A DNA stretch of 63,910 nucleotides, filler included, from an uncultured bacterium (GTDB lineage: Bacteria > CAZSTA01), in the NCBI GenBank assembly GCA_964609495.1. It is 8 parts of 8 records of this genome, joined end to end, with 100 filler letters (N's around TTAATTAATTAA, not from the genome) between each part and the next. Parts side by side here need not be neighbours in the genome. Positions count along the whole stretch, not along the records: positions 33,901 to 42,132 come from CAZSTA010000169.1; positions 42,233 to 50,462 come from CAZSTA010000170.1; positions 50,563 to 58,563 come from CAZSTA010000172.1; 5 more parts are not named here. One strand, 5' to 3'. The notes below the pieces were generated by a model. The model was not told the origin of the DNA. It did not search any database and saw only the letters and a list, made by a program, of their open reading frames with translations. The first letter of the stretch is position 1. Each line of letters begins with the position of its first letter. The translations under genes were made by a program, and so were the position numbers. This document shows positions 42,021 to 51,712 of the stretch, piece after piece.

Positions 42021-42572
42021 AGATGCTCCATTCCGAATTAGCGACCTAATGATGATAAAATCCGTGGATGCATATAGAATCTGGGATCTGAGATCTAATT
42101 TACTTTGTATTACACCCTCCCCCTATCCCCCTNNNNNNNNNNNNNNNNNNNNNNNNNNNNNNNNNNNNNNNNNNNNTTAATTAATTAANNNNNNNNNNNN
42201 NNNNNNNNNNNNNNNNNNNNNNNNNNNNNNNNAAAGTTTCATAGAATTCAATTTCATATTCACAATTCCCTCCTTATGATCTTAATTCGTGTTAATTCGG
42301 GTGTTTCGTGGACAATATCCTGTAGCTACTCCCTTTCCTTCTTGCAGTTTTGTATTACTCTCACCCCCTTTTAATCTTATTATCATATTATAACATAACT
42401 TTAAAATCTGTCAACTCTTCTTTTTTGGGCTCGAAGAAGTTAAGCGCTTTTGCTTAGTTGCTTTGGATTTAGTTCTTTTCCTTCCGCTTAAGAGTCGCAC
42501 GAAATTGCCCCAAAAACCCATTGCAATAAAGTTGGCAAAGTTTTGCATCTCTACTCATCTCCTCTTAATATA

Positions 42573-45320
42573 TTATAGTTGTTGCCGCCTCCTTTGGGAA
42601 TCATACTCGGAGAACAACTGCTCTAGTTCACTTCGTTCGGAAGGGGCGAGAGTATCGTAGAGGGATTTACTATTCACTAGACGCTTTAAGTTATTATAAG
42701 TCGATTTGATATAAGGGCTATCCGAATTGAGAAACAACTTTAAGGCTTGGCGATAGTTCTCATAAGCGTTTCTTATATCCTCCATCGTCTCATATACCTT
42801 CCCGATATTGTTTAGATCGCTAGCCTCTATTTCGGTATTTCCTAATAGCTGATTTATCTTTCGAGAGCTCTGATAATAATTTAGAGCCTCTTCATATTTC
42901 CCCTCAGCGCTATAGATAAGACCGAGATTGCCCAGAGTGATAGCTTCCCCATATAGATTGCCCGATCGACGTATTGTCTCCAGGGCTTGAGATAAATAAA
43001 CTTGAGCGCTCTTAAGATCCCCTAGATCTCGATAGATAAGACCGATATTACTGAGATCCGCCGCCTGTCCTTCTAAGAATTCAATATCGCGGTGTATCTG
43101 CAAGGCGGTATTATATAACTTAAGAGCATCCTCTATATCTCCTTTTCTCCGATGCAATACGGCCATTGCCACCAGATCGCGAGCCTCTCCCTCCCGATTT
43201 CCAATCTCTTGATCGACCCTAAATGCCCTCTGATAGTAGTTTATAGCTTGATCGGCGTCTCCTAGACCGCTGTAGATCTCTCCAAGGTTGCTTAGATCAT
43301 CCGCCTCCGCCCGTTTATAGCCAAATTTATGGTGAAGCTCAAGCGCTTTTTTATAGTATCTCATCGCTTCCTCTAATATTCCTAGATTTACATAGACACC
43401 TCCAATATAGCCCAAGATGTCCATCTCTCCTTGCTGATAACCAAGTTGATGGTGGATATCCAAAGCTCTTCGGTAGTAATTCAAAGCAGAGTTGAGATCT
43501 CCCAGCGCAGAGGAGACTCGTCCGATATTGGTTAGATCATCCGCCTCCGCCTGGCGATATCCATTTTGATGATCTATCTCAAGCGCTTGCTCGAAGTATG
43601 ATTTTGCCTCCCTCAGTTTCCCTAAGGCACTTAAGATAAGGCCAATATTTCCGAGATTGTCAGCTTCCTCCTGCCGCTGGTTGATTTTATGATGCAATTC
43701 TCTTGCCTGTTTTAGATGTTTCAAAGCCTCTTCTAAATTGCCCATTGCGACGTTCATCATCCCGAGGTTAGTCGATTGGGCCGCCTCTCCCTTCTCATAT
43801 CCGATCTGACGAGATACCTCCAGTGATTCCTCGAAATAGGATTTTGCCTCGTTTATCTCTCCCCTATAGCGATAGATATTCCCGATATTGCCAAGCTGAT
43901 TAGCCTCTCCCTCCCAATATAGGCTCTCGCGATCTATCTTTAACGCTTGCTCGAAGTAGGAGAGGGCTTCGTCCAGATGCCCCCGATCGGTGTGAAATAT
44001 CCCTAGCTGGTCATATATTCCGCTTAATCCTCTTTGATAATTGTGCCTCTTGTAAATACGTAAACTCTTATTATATACTTCCTTCGCCTCTTCATATCTG
44101 CCTTGTATCTGATATATCATTCCTAACCAGTGATACATTGTGCCTTTCAACCAGCCCTTGCTCTTCTCCGCAGTTCGCTTCAGCAGTTTCATCCCCAGCT
44201 CAAGATATCCCCAGTCGCGCAGATTTCGAGCTATGACATTGAGCATATTGGCAGCATCGTCGAACTCCTCAGCTCGTAGATAGTGATAATGTGCTTCCAA
44301 CCATTCCCTCAGATCGGAGGGATTCTTTCTGGCCTTTTTTAACCTCCTATGATAGAATCTACCCACTTGTTTGTGCAGACTTTTCTTTTCCTCCTTCTCA
44401 AGTTTATTATGGATATATCTTTTGACTAGATGATGCTCATAATATAGCCCGTATATATCTCTATCTAGAAGATATTTGCCCGATAATATATCTACCTCGC
44501 TATCGGAGGGAGATAAGGCTTTTAGTTCCTCTTCAGGTAATGGTTTTCTCACAATCGCCAACTGATTCAGCAGTTCTCTTTCCGATAAGCTCAACTCTCC
44601 ATAGATCTTATCTATCAAATAGGTCTCCGATTTTTTGGGATCTTCTATATCCTTCAGAAGTTCTTCGATTGAGCTGACTTGGGCTAGGGCGGAGAATAGC
44701 AGAAGAGAGAGGGGGTGTCCTTTAGTTCGCTTATGGATGTTAGGCAGAATTCCCTCGTCAACTTCGAGACTCAATCCTGATAATAGCTCCGAAGTTTCTG
44801 AGAGAGTCAATCCTCTGAGGGAGAGCTTATACTTCCCCTCTATTTGATGATAGAGAGCAGGAAGACGCTTACTTATGATTATAATCCTAGATAGGAGATC
44901 GGACTGAAGGAGCGAGGAGAAGAAATTATCCAAAGCTTCGTCCTTTATCTCGCCATTTCCCCCGAGAAGTGCTTCGAAATCATCAAAGATCAAGAGATAT
45001 TTTCTATTTAGGCTGTTAGTAAGGGTATTTATCTGATATTTAAGGGTAAGATGAGAATTTAAGAGACCTGTCAAAGATCTATCATTATATCGAGATACAA
45101 ACTGCTCGAACTCGTATATTAACTCCTCGGAAGTGGGCACATAGAGAAAAGTTTTCCAGAAGACTCCTTCAAATTGATCTTCCGTCTCCTCAACGATCTT
45201 CTTGACCAAGGAGGTCTTACCTATACCAGGCGCCCCAGTTATTACTATGATCCTAGAGCCAGTCATCTGCCACTTTATATCCTTTATATATTTTTGTCTT
45301 CCGATAAACATATCAGCCAA
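42573..45320 (-). CDS. STAND (NB-ARC-like) ATPase with a long C-terminal TPR array and no N-terminal effector domain
   Basis: FIGR, Walker A GAPGIGKT, Walker B LLIFDDFE, GHPLSL, HHLVKRY; about 12 TPR units of 40 aa. Confidence 0.85.
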   Translation of the reverse strand: MADMFIGRQKYIKDIKWQMTGSRIIVITGAPGIGKTSLVKKIVEETEDQFEGVFWKTFLYVPTSEELIYEFEQFVSRYNDRSLTGLLNSHLTLKYQINTLTNSLNRKYLLIFDDFEALLGGNGEIKDEALDNFFSSLLQSDLLSRIIIISKRLPALYHQIEGKYKLSLRGLTLSETSELLSGLSLEVDEGILPNIHKRTKGHPLSLLLFSALAQVSSIEELLKDIEDPKKSETYLIDKIYGELSLSERELLNQLAIVRKPLPEEELKALSPSDSEVDILSGKYLLDRDIYGLYYEHHLVKRYIHNKLEKEEKKSLHKQVGRFYHRRLKKARKNPSDLREWLEAHYHYLRAEEFDDAANMLNVIARNLRDWGYLELGMKLLKRTAEKSKGWLKGTMYHWLGMIYQIQGRYEEAKEVYNKSLRIYKRHNYQRGLSGIYDQLGIFHTDRGHLDEALSYFEQALKIDRESLYWEGEANQLGNIGNIYRYRGEINEAKSYFEESLEVSRQIGYEKGEAAQSTNLGMMNVAMGNLEEALKHLKQARELHHKINQRQEEADNLGNIGLILSALGKLREAKSYFEQALEIDHQNGYRQAEADDLTNIGRVSSALGDLNSALNYYRRALDIHHQLGYQQGEMDILGYIGGVYVNLGILEEAMRYYKKALELHHKFGYKRAEADDLSNLGEIYSGLGDADQAINYYQRAFRVDQEIGNREGEARDLVAMAVLHRRKGDIEDALKLYNTALQIHRDIEFLEGQAADLSNIGLIYRDLGDLKSAQVYLSQALETIRRSGNLYGEAITLGNLGLIYSAEGKYEEALNYYQSSRKINQLLGNTEIEASDLNNIGKVYETMEDIRNAYENYRQALKLFLNSDSPYIKSTYNNLKRLVNSKSLYDTLAPSERSELEQLFSEYDSQRRRQQL

Positions 45321-45487
45321 TTTTTATATCCTCCTTTTAGTCTATACTTCGTATTACCAAGTGACCTCACTCGTTCGGCTGTCTAAATAGCTCATCGCTT
45401 CTTCTATAAGAACGTTAAATATTAAAAGCTCCATCTCAATCCAACCTCCTGCTAAAGGAACAATCCGTTCTCAATCTCATCTCCCTA

Positions 45488-46342
45488 TCATCCCTTCATT
45501 CCAGTTAGGGCTATTCCTTTGACGTAATACTTCTGAGTGAAGAAATAGACTACGAGAACTGGAGCGATGACGACTACTGAGGAGGACATCATCATTGGCC
45601 AGTCGGTGATATACCAGCTTAAATGCCTCTGTTTAAGAACCATTAGTCCTACCTCCAGCGTTCTCATCGACTCGGAATTAGCCATTAATAGCGGCCAGAG
45701 GAAATCGGTCCATACTCCCATAAAGGTGAAGACCCCCAAGGTAGCGATAGCAGGCTTCGAAAGAGGCACAAATATGCGCCAGTAGATGCTGAACTCCGAG
45801 CAACCGTCTATCCGAGCCGCATCCTCCAACTCCTTAGGGATGGTGAGGAAGAATTGGCGAAGAAGAAACATACCATAGACACTGGAGAGTCCAGGAACGA
45901 TCAAGCCCCAGTAAGTATCTATCCAATTCAAGTAGTGGGCGATCAAATAAACGGGAATTAGGGTAACCGTTCCAGGGATCATCATCGTCGCTAGATAAGC
46001 GATGAAAAGCTCATCTCGACCGATGAAATTAAGACGAGCAAAGGCATAAGCGGCTAGTGAGCATATAAACAACTGCCCCAAAACGATAGATGTTGCCACC
46101 ACAGTGCTGTTGAAGAAGAAACGTCCGAAGCGCTCTAATTTGAATACGTTAATATAATGCTCCCAGTGAAATTCTTCAGGAATTAGTTGGGGAGGAAAGA
46201 TGAAGACCATATCGGTTTCCTTCAAGGAGGTAGATACCATCCAGATGAAGGGGAAGAGCATCGTGAGGGCTACCAAGCACAAGATCGTGTAGAAGACAGT
46301 CGTCTTGATCGCCCGCCATATAGAGAAAGGTTTCTTATCCAT
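45488..46342 (-). CDS. Carbohydrate ABC transporter permease (MalG-like)
   Basis: PFIWMVSTSLK, AAYAFARL and the EAA loop ELEDAARIDG. Confidence 0.93.
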   Translation of the reverse strand: MDKKPFSIWRAIKTTVFYTILCLVALTMLFPFIWMVSTSLKETDMVFIFPPQLIPEEFHWEHYINVFKLERFGRFFFNSTVVATSIVLGQLFICSLAAYAFARLNFIGRDELFIAYLATMMIPGTVTLIPVYLIAHYLNWIDTYWGLIVPGLSSVYGMFLLRQFFLTIPKELEDAARIDGCSEFSIYWRIFVPLSKPAIATLGVFTFMGVWTDFLWPLLMANSESMRTLEVGLMVLKQRHLSWYITDWPMMMSSSVVVIAPVLVVYFFTQKYYVKGIALTGMKG

Positions 46343-46378
46343 TAGTTCACACCTCCCGCTCTAATTACTAAACTATAA

Positions 46379-47278
46379 CTACCATTGAAGCATAGATCTT
46401 CTCATATATCTAACTTGGATTAGAGTTATCACGAAAATTACGGCGAACAATACATAAGCTTGGGCCGAAGCATATCCCATAGTGAAGCGTTCGAATGCGC
46501 TTTGATAGATGTGATATCCCACCATATCGGTACTCTTGAGAGGTCCTCCCTCAGTCATAGCATAAACGATAGTAAAAGCTTGTAATGAGCCAATTACGGA
46601 GGTTATTGCCAAGAAGAAGGTAGTGGGCCTCAGAAGAGGGAGGGTGATATTCCAAAAGCATCTCCAATTACTCGCCCCATCGATTCTGGCGGCCTCGTAA
46701 TATGTCTCAGGAATTCCCTGTAAGCCAGCTAGGAAGATAACCATCTGATAGCCAGCTCCCTTCCAGGTATTCACTATAATAAGGGCGTAAAGAGCCCAGC
46801 GAGGGTCGCCCAGCCAATTCACCCCGGGGATATGGAACCAACTCAGAAAGTAGTTCAGAAGTCCGAAATCAGGGTCGTATATCCAGGTCCAAACTATGGC
46901 GATCGCGACCATCGATACTATCACCGGAAGGAAGAATATCGTTCTGAACCAGGTAACGCCTTTGAGCTTTTGATTCATAACGAGAGCGATGATGAGACTT
47001 ACAGTCATCCCTAAGGGGACGCCTACCCCGGCGAAGATAATAGTGTTCTTCATAGCATTCCAGAAATCACCATCGGTAAAGACCCAGATATAATTTCTCA
47101 ATCCCACCCAAGGTTTACTACGACTGATGATGGACCATTTGTGGAAGCTAAGATATAGGCTCCAGAAGAGGGGAATAGCCGCGAAAACTATTAGATGGAT
47201 AAAAGAGGGTAGGATGAAGAGGTATCCCACTTTCTTATTCTCACGGCTACGAAATCTATGAATGAATCCCTTTGTCAT
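46379..47278 (-). CDS. Carbohydrate ABC transporter permease (MalF-like)
   Basis: WVGLRNY, RTIFFLP and LAGLQGIP...YEAARIDGA motifs. Confidence 0.93.
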   Translation of the reverse strand: MTKGFIHRFRSRENKKVGYLFILPSFIHLIVFAAIPLFWSLYLSFHKWSIISRSKPWVGLRNYIWVFTDGDFWNAMKNTIIFAGVGVPLGMTVSLIIALVMNQKLKGVTWFRTIFFLPVIVSMVAIAIVWTWIYDPDFGLLNYFLSWFHIPGVNWLGDPRWALYALIIVNTWKGAGYQMVIFLAGLQGIPETYYEAARIDGASNWRCFWNITLPLLRPTTFFLAITSVIGSLQAFTIVYAMTEGGPLKSTDMVGYHIYQSAFERFTMGYASAQAYVLFAVIFVITLIQVRYMRRSMLQW

Positions 47279-47329
47279 CAGAAACACTCCTTCACACACT
47301 AATCGAAAGATGGCCGATTCATATCTCTA

Positions 47330-47358
47330 ATTATACTTCATTTATAGAGTTGTGTCAA
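47330..47358 (-). promoter_or_regulatory. Sigma70 promoter, shared-motif copy 1
   Basis: TTGACA-CAACTCTATAAATGAAG-TATAAT. Confidence 0.65.
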
Positions 47359-47497
47359 TTGGATCCGAGGCGTGAAAATCGAGAACCTCATCCCCAGCTT
47401 CTCTCCTTCAAGGAAAAGCATATAGAAGATAGGCGTCGAGCCTTTTCAACCCGACGCCCTAATATAGTTCCGAACGAGTCTATTAAGGGAAACTCCT

Positions 47498-48784
47498 CTA
47501 CTTAGCGAATTCCCTATCGAGCTTCTTAGCCGCATCATCCAAAGCTTTCTGGACCGGAACGCCTCCGATAGTTATCTGCTCGACAGCATCGCTTAAGATA
47601 TCCGAGAGCTGATCGGCTTTGGTGATCTTCGTTCCCCAAGGGGCACGCATATATTGGACCTCGTCGTTGAAGATCACCTCGTTGGGATGTTGAGTTTTCA
47701 ACTCCTCAGCTACAGGGATGACGCCAGGGATAGCGATTCCGGAGAGGAGTGCCGACTTTTGAACCTCGGGGCCAGTCCAGTACTTGATGAACTCGTAGGC
47801 TTCCTTAGGATACTTAGTGGTAGCGGGGATGGAGTAGTTCGACTCGTAGAAGACGGTTACCCTCTTCTTATTCTGAGGTAATCCGACCACTCCAACCGTC
47901 TCCAAATTGAAGTGCTTGGAGAGCTGGAGCCCGACCATTGACCAGTGACCGCTGAGGACCATCCCTACTCTACCGGTTAAGAACTTATCCCAAGTGCCAC
48001 CAACCATCGCCGTCCAGTCGGTAGGAGTAGGTGCTACCTTATGCTTGAGGAGAAGATCGGTAAAGAAGGTGATCGCTTCTACGGTCTCAGGGCTGTTGGT
48101 ATATCCCTCCGCCTTAGCTCCATCAGGACTCAGGACATCAGCATCGTTCTGCCAGACCCAAGGGATCCACTGATAGAACCACTTGCTGAAGAGGAAGCCA
48201 TACTGATCGATCTTCCCATCACCATCAGTGTCCCTAGTTAGACCTTTAGCGGTGGCGAGGAAATCTTCCCAGGTCCAGCCATCCTTCGGATAATCTAGCC
48301 CAGCCTCATTGAACATATCCTTGTTGTAATAGATAACCAAAGGAGTGAAGTCGTTGGGAAGTCCATAGAGCTTATCATCGAACTGATGGATAGCGAGGAG
48401 CTTCGGGAAGTAGATGCCGAGATCCATATCGGGGTCTTCCTTGACCAGCGGCATTATATCGAGAAGAGCTTCATTCTCGATAAAGAGAGGTAGCCTCTCG
48501 AAATCAGCATTGAAGACATCAGGAGGAGTTCCTGCAGCGATCGTAGCGAGTAGCTTCTCGATTCCCCCGGGTAAATCATCCATCTTCAACTTAACATCAG
48601 GATGCATCTCCTCGAACTTCGCCAGGTTCCTCTCCCTTTCCTTGCACAGCTCTGATTCCTTCTCATCGGGGCTGCACCCAAAGCCGAGAATCCATATCTC
48701 GGCCTTGGCTTTCGCCTGCCCTGTCCAAAGTATGGATACAGCGAGCAAGCATACTGCTGAGATCAATAGTAACTTTTTTAACAT
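47498..48784 (-). CDS. Carbohydrate ABC transporter substrate-binding protein
   Basis: Signal peptide; IAAGTPPDVF, YYNKDMF and WTWEDFL...DGDGKIDQYG motifs. Confidence 0.93.
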   Translation of the reverse strand: MLKKLLLISAVCLLAVSILWTGQAKAKAEIWILGFGCSPDEKESELCKERERNLAKFEEMHPDVKLKMDDLPGGIEKLLATIAAGTPPDVFNADFERLPLFIENEALLDIMPLVKEDPDMDLGIYFPKLLAIHQFDDKLYGLPNDFTPLVIYYNKDMFNEAGLDYPKDGWTWEDFLATAKGLTRDTDGDGKIDQYGFLFSKWFYQWIPWVWQNDADVLSPDGAKAEGYTNSPETVEAITFFTDLLLKHKVAPTPTDWTAMVGGTWDKFLTGRVGMVLSGHWSMVGLQLSKHFNLETVGVVGLPQNKKRVTVFYESNYSIPATTKYPKEAYEFIKYWTGPEVQKSALLSGIAIPGVIPVAEELKTQHPNEVIFNDEVQYMRAPWGTKITKADQLSDILSDAVEQITIGGVPVQKALDDAAKKLDREFAK

Positions 48785-48982
48785 AGTTAATTCCCCCCTT
48801 AAAATAATTTTGGCGAATTTTTATCGTTACTTGAGCGTCCATATTATCTCTGAAATCCTTGAAATCCCCCCTTTCCTATCCGAGATAATCCCCATATATC
48901 TTTATCAGACTATCCTCTAAGATAGATATTGATGATGATCACCAGTCGTAGCGAGAAAAGCAGAGAATAGCCAATTATGTTA

Positions 48983-49011
48983 ATTATACTCTATTTATTG
49001 AATTGTGTCAA
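48983..49011 (-). promoter_or_regulatory. Sigma70 promoter, shared-motif copy 2
   Basis: TTGACA-CAATTCAATAAATAGAG-TATAAT. Confidence 0.65.
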
Positions 49012-49110
49012 TTCTATCTTTTCACAGATTTTGAAAAATTCGGCATTCATAAGGCTTCTTGTATAGAGTATTGTCGTCTCAAATGCTTGTAATTATTAGA
49101 AGAGCAAAAG

Positions 49111-49147
49111 AAAAAGTGCTTGTAACTAGAGATAGGCTACAAGCACT
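49111..49147 (-). terminator. Intrinsic terminator after the dehydrogenase gene
   Basis: Perfect 10-bp stem AGTGCTTGTA/TACAAGCACT followed by a T-run on the minus strand. Confidence 0.65.
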
Positions 49148-49175
49148 CGATTTATCGGAAAACAGATAGAATATT

Positions 49176-49268
49176 TAGTTTCAAATGAATTGTTATTCCT
49201 AGTTTTTCGCTAGTGAGTTCAAGACCTAATCTGATCTCGAACATCTCCGACAAAAAATTTTGAAACTA
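49176..49268. repeat. MITE-like repeat family B, copy 2
   Basis: Perfect 10-bp terminal inverted repeat TAGTTTCAAA/TTTGAAACTA; core shared with 602-700. Confidence 0.7.
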
Positions 49269-49269
49269 C

Positions 49270-50217
49270 TTAAAACAGGATCGCTCCCTTTATATATCCT
49301 TCGGGATGTTGCATCGCCACCTCGAAAGCCTTCTGAGCTTCGGTATAGGGAAAGCTATGAGTAATAAGGGGCTTCTGATCGAAAGTTCCTTTTATCATTA
49401 ACTTGGTCGCATCCTGCATATCTTTGATAAAGTTACGAGAGATGCTAGGAGCGGTGTTAAGAACTTCTAGTGACTTCATATGCCAAACTCCAGTTGGAAT
49501 CTTTTCCTCTCCTACATGAAAGCCGAATATGCATAATCTTCCTCCAGGTCTGGTTATCTTCGTTGCTGTCTCTAAGGTGCCTGGCACTCCTGTCGCTTCG
49601 ATCACTATATCCGCTCCCCTTCCCTTCGTCAAATCTAATACCTCCTTCACTATATCTACTTGAGAGGCATTAAGAGTGAGATCTGCTCCGAATCTCTTCG
49701 CCAACTTCAGAGGGCTTTCCGCGATATCTACCGCGATCGTTCTCTCCGTCATATTAATCGGTAATCCTTGCAAATTCAGTAATCCCATATATCCGCAACC
49801 GATAAGAACTACGGTATCACCAGGCTCCACTCTAGTATTGCGGATGTTATTCACCGCACAAGCTACTGGCTCTGATATCCAGTACTGATATTCCTCTACA
49901 TCCGCTGGAATCTTCGCTACGCGAGTGCGATCGAGCTTGTGATACTCAGCCATAGATGGATGTCCAAGCGTTGTCACCTTATCCCCTGGCTCGAAACCCT
50001 CGACGAATTCTCCGACCTCCTCTACGATCCCCACCCCTTCGTGTCCAAAGAAGGAGGGGAACTTTCCAAACTTTCCAGATAGGATATAGACATCGCCCTT
50101 ACAGATCCCGCAAGCCTTAGTCTTCACCAATATCTCCCACCCTTTTGGCTTTGCTATCACTGTCTCCACAATTTCGACTTTACCTATCGCTACTGGTCGG
50201 ATAGCCTTGATCTTCAT
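49270..50217 (-). CDS. Zinc-binding (MDR family) sugar/polyol dehydrogenase
   Basis: CGICKGD, GHEGVG, EPVAC, IGCGYMGL and DIVIEATG motifs; lacks the structural-zinc lobe. Confidence 0.9.
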   Translation of the reverse strand: MKIKAIRPVAIGKVEIVETVIAKPKGWEILVKTKACGICKGDVYILSGKFGKFPSFFGHEGVGIVEEVGEFVEGFEPGDKVTTLGHPSMAEYHKLDRTRVAKIPADVEEYQYWISEPVACAVNNIRNTRVEPGDTVVLIGCGYMGLLNLQGLPINMTERTIAVDIAESPLKLAKRFGADLTLNASQVDIVKEVLDLTKGRGADIVIEATGVPGTLETATKITRPGGRLCIFGFHVGEEKIPTGVWHMKSLEVLNTAPSISRNFIKDMQDATKLMIKGTFDQKPLITHSFPYTEAQKAFEVAMQHPEGYIKGAILF

Positions 50218-50394
50218 AGATTATTATTCCTCCTCTAGTTTGAAAATTTGAAGATGAAAAGCAAAGATTGAATCAATCATAGACCTTCTCGTATCTCTTA
50301 TTCTCACGGCTGCGGAATCTGGAGATTAATCCTTTCATTATCAGAAACCTCCTCTCGTAACGAGGGAAGCAGAGAACAGCTAATTATATTTTTA

Positions 50395-50423
50395 ATTATA
50401 CTCTATTTATTTAATTATGTCAA
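50395..50423 (-). promoter_or_regulatory. Sigma70 promoter, shared-motif copy 3
   Basis: TTGACA-TAATTAAATAAATAGAG-TATAAT. Confidence 0.65.
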
Positions 50424-50594
50424 TTTTACACTTTCGCAGGGATGCATATAAAATTGGGGATCNNNNNNNNNNNNNNNNNNNNNNNNNNNNNNNNNNNNNN
50501 NNNNNNTTAATTAATTAANNNNNNNNNNNNNNNNNNNNNNNNNNNNNNNNNNNNNNNNNNNNCACCATTCTCTTGTCTTATATTCAATCTTATG

Positions 50595-50651
50595 TTATAC
50601 TTTAAGTAAATAATCTTAGAATTTTGTATATTAACCTTACTTAAAGTATAA
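50595..50651. promoter_or_regulatory. AbiEi-type autoregulatory inverted repeat
   Basis: Perfect 15-bp inverted repeat TTATACTTTAAGTAA-27 bp-TTACTTAAAGTATAA ending 2 bp before the abiEi ATG. Confidence 0.7.
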
Positions 50652-50653
50652 TT

Positions 50654-51487
50654 ATGGATAAGCAGAGTGGTCTAAGTAAGACTGAATATCGTATCTTAGC
50701 CAAGCTTTCTAAAGCAGGAAAGCAAGTTTTTACTGCCTCTGAATTCGACGAAGTATTTCCCGATATGAAGGAAGACACCAAGTATGTCTATCTAAAGAGG
50801 TTAGCAGACAAGGGTAGCCTTATTAGGTTTGAGCGGGGTAAGTATATAATAGTTCCTTTGGAAGCTGGCGTTGATAAGGAGTGGACTGAAGATAGCTTCT
50901 TACTCGCTTCAAAGTTGGTTGACCCCTATACCATCGCTTATTGGACAGCCTTAAATTACTGGGGATTTACTGAACAAATTTCTAATACTACCTTTGTTCA
51001 AACGACCAAGAAGAAGGAAAAGAGGAAAATAAAGATATTTGATGATAAGATTGTTTTTGTGCAGATAAAGGAGAAGAACTTTTTTGGGATAACTAAAATC
51101 TGGTTTCGCAATAGAGAGATAAATATAACTGATAAGGAAAAGACGCTCCTTGATGCTTTGGATAAGCCCCAATATTGTGGTGGTTTGCAGGAAGGCATTA
51201 AGGCTCTTTGGAATGCAGCTCAAGACGAGGAGTTTGATTGGGATAAGCTCTCAAGATATGCTTTAAGGTTTTCTAACCGAGCGGTGTTAAAGCGTTTAGG
51301 GTATCTTTTAGAATTTATTAATGTGCCAAATAAAGAGAATTATCAAAAGATATGGCAAGAGAATTTATCTTCCGGTTTTATTTGGCTTGATCCCATATTA
51401 AAGGAAGGAAAGATAAAGCATAATACCAAGTGGCGAGTTAAGGTCAATATCCCCGTAGCCAAGTTTATTAGCACTTTAGTCTATTAG
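50654..51487 (+). CDS. Type IV toxin-antitoxin AbiEi family antitoxin
   Basis: wHTH with L-x-x-KG-x-L-x-R-x-x-RG-x-Y; IAYWTALNYWGFTEQ, TDKEKTLLD and KRLGYLLE motifs. Confidence 0.88.
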   Translation: MDKQSGLSKTEYRILAKLSKAGKQVFTASEFDEVFPDMKEDTKYVYLKRLADKGSLIRFERGKYIIVPLEAGVDKEWTEDSFLLASKLVDPYTIAYWTALNYWGFTEQISNTTFVQTTKKKEKRKIKIFDDKIVFVQIKEKNFFGITKIWFRNREINITDKEKTLLDALDKPQYCGGLQEGIKALWNAAQDEEFDWDKLSRYALRFSNRAVLKRLGYLLEFINVPNKENYQKIWQENLSSGFIWLDPILKEGKIKHNTKWRVKVNIPVAKFISTLVY

Positions 51488-51646
51488 ATAATCCAACCTG
51501 AACTGATAAGGAACATTGATGAGGGTCATCTGAAGCGTTTCGGCAGATATTGGGAAGCTCAGCTTTCCCATCAAGTAGCTAATCTTCCCGACTTTGAGGA
51601 AGTAGGAGAAGATTTCTTAACAATTATTGACACCTATTTTAGATAG
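51488..51646 (+). pseudogene. Internally deleted AbiEii nucleotidyltransferase toxin remnant
   Basis: Directly after abiEi: IIQPELIRN joined to ...YWEAQLSHQVANLPDFEEV, which resembles an AbiEii C-terminus. Only 52 codons, no ATG, no catalytic KGG/SEDxD motifs. Confidence 0.55.
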
Positions 51647-51712
51647 CCAAATTTGGGGTTCAATTCCCGGTAGATTCCAAAGGAATTTGTCAGTGAATAA
51701 AATCTTGACTTT

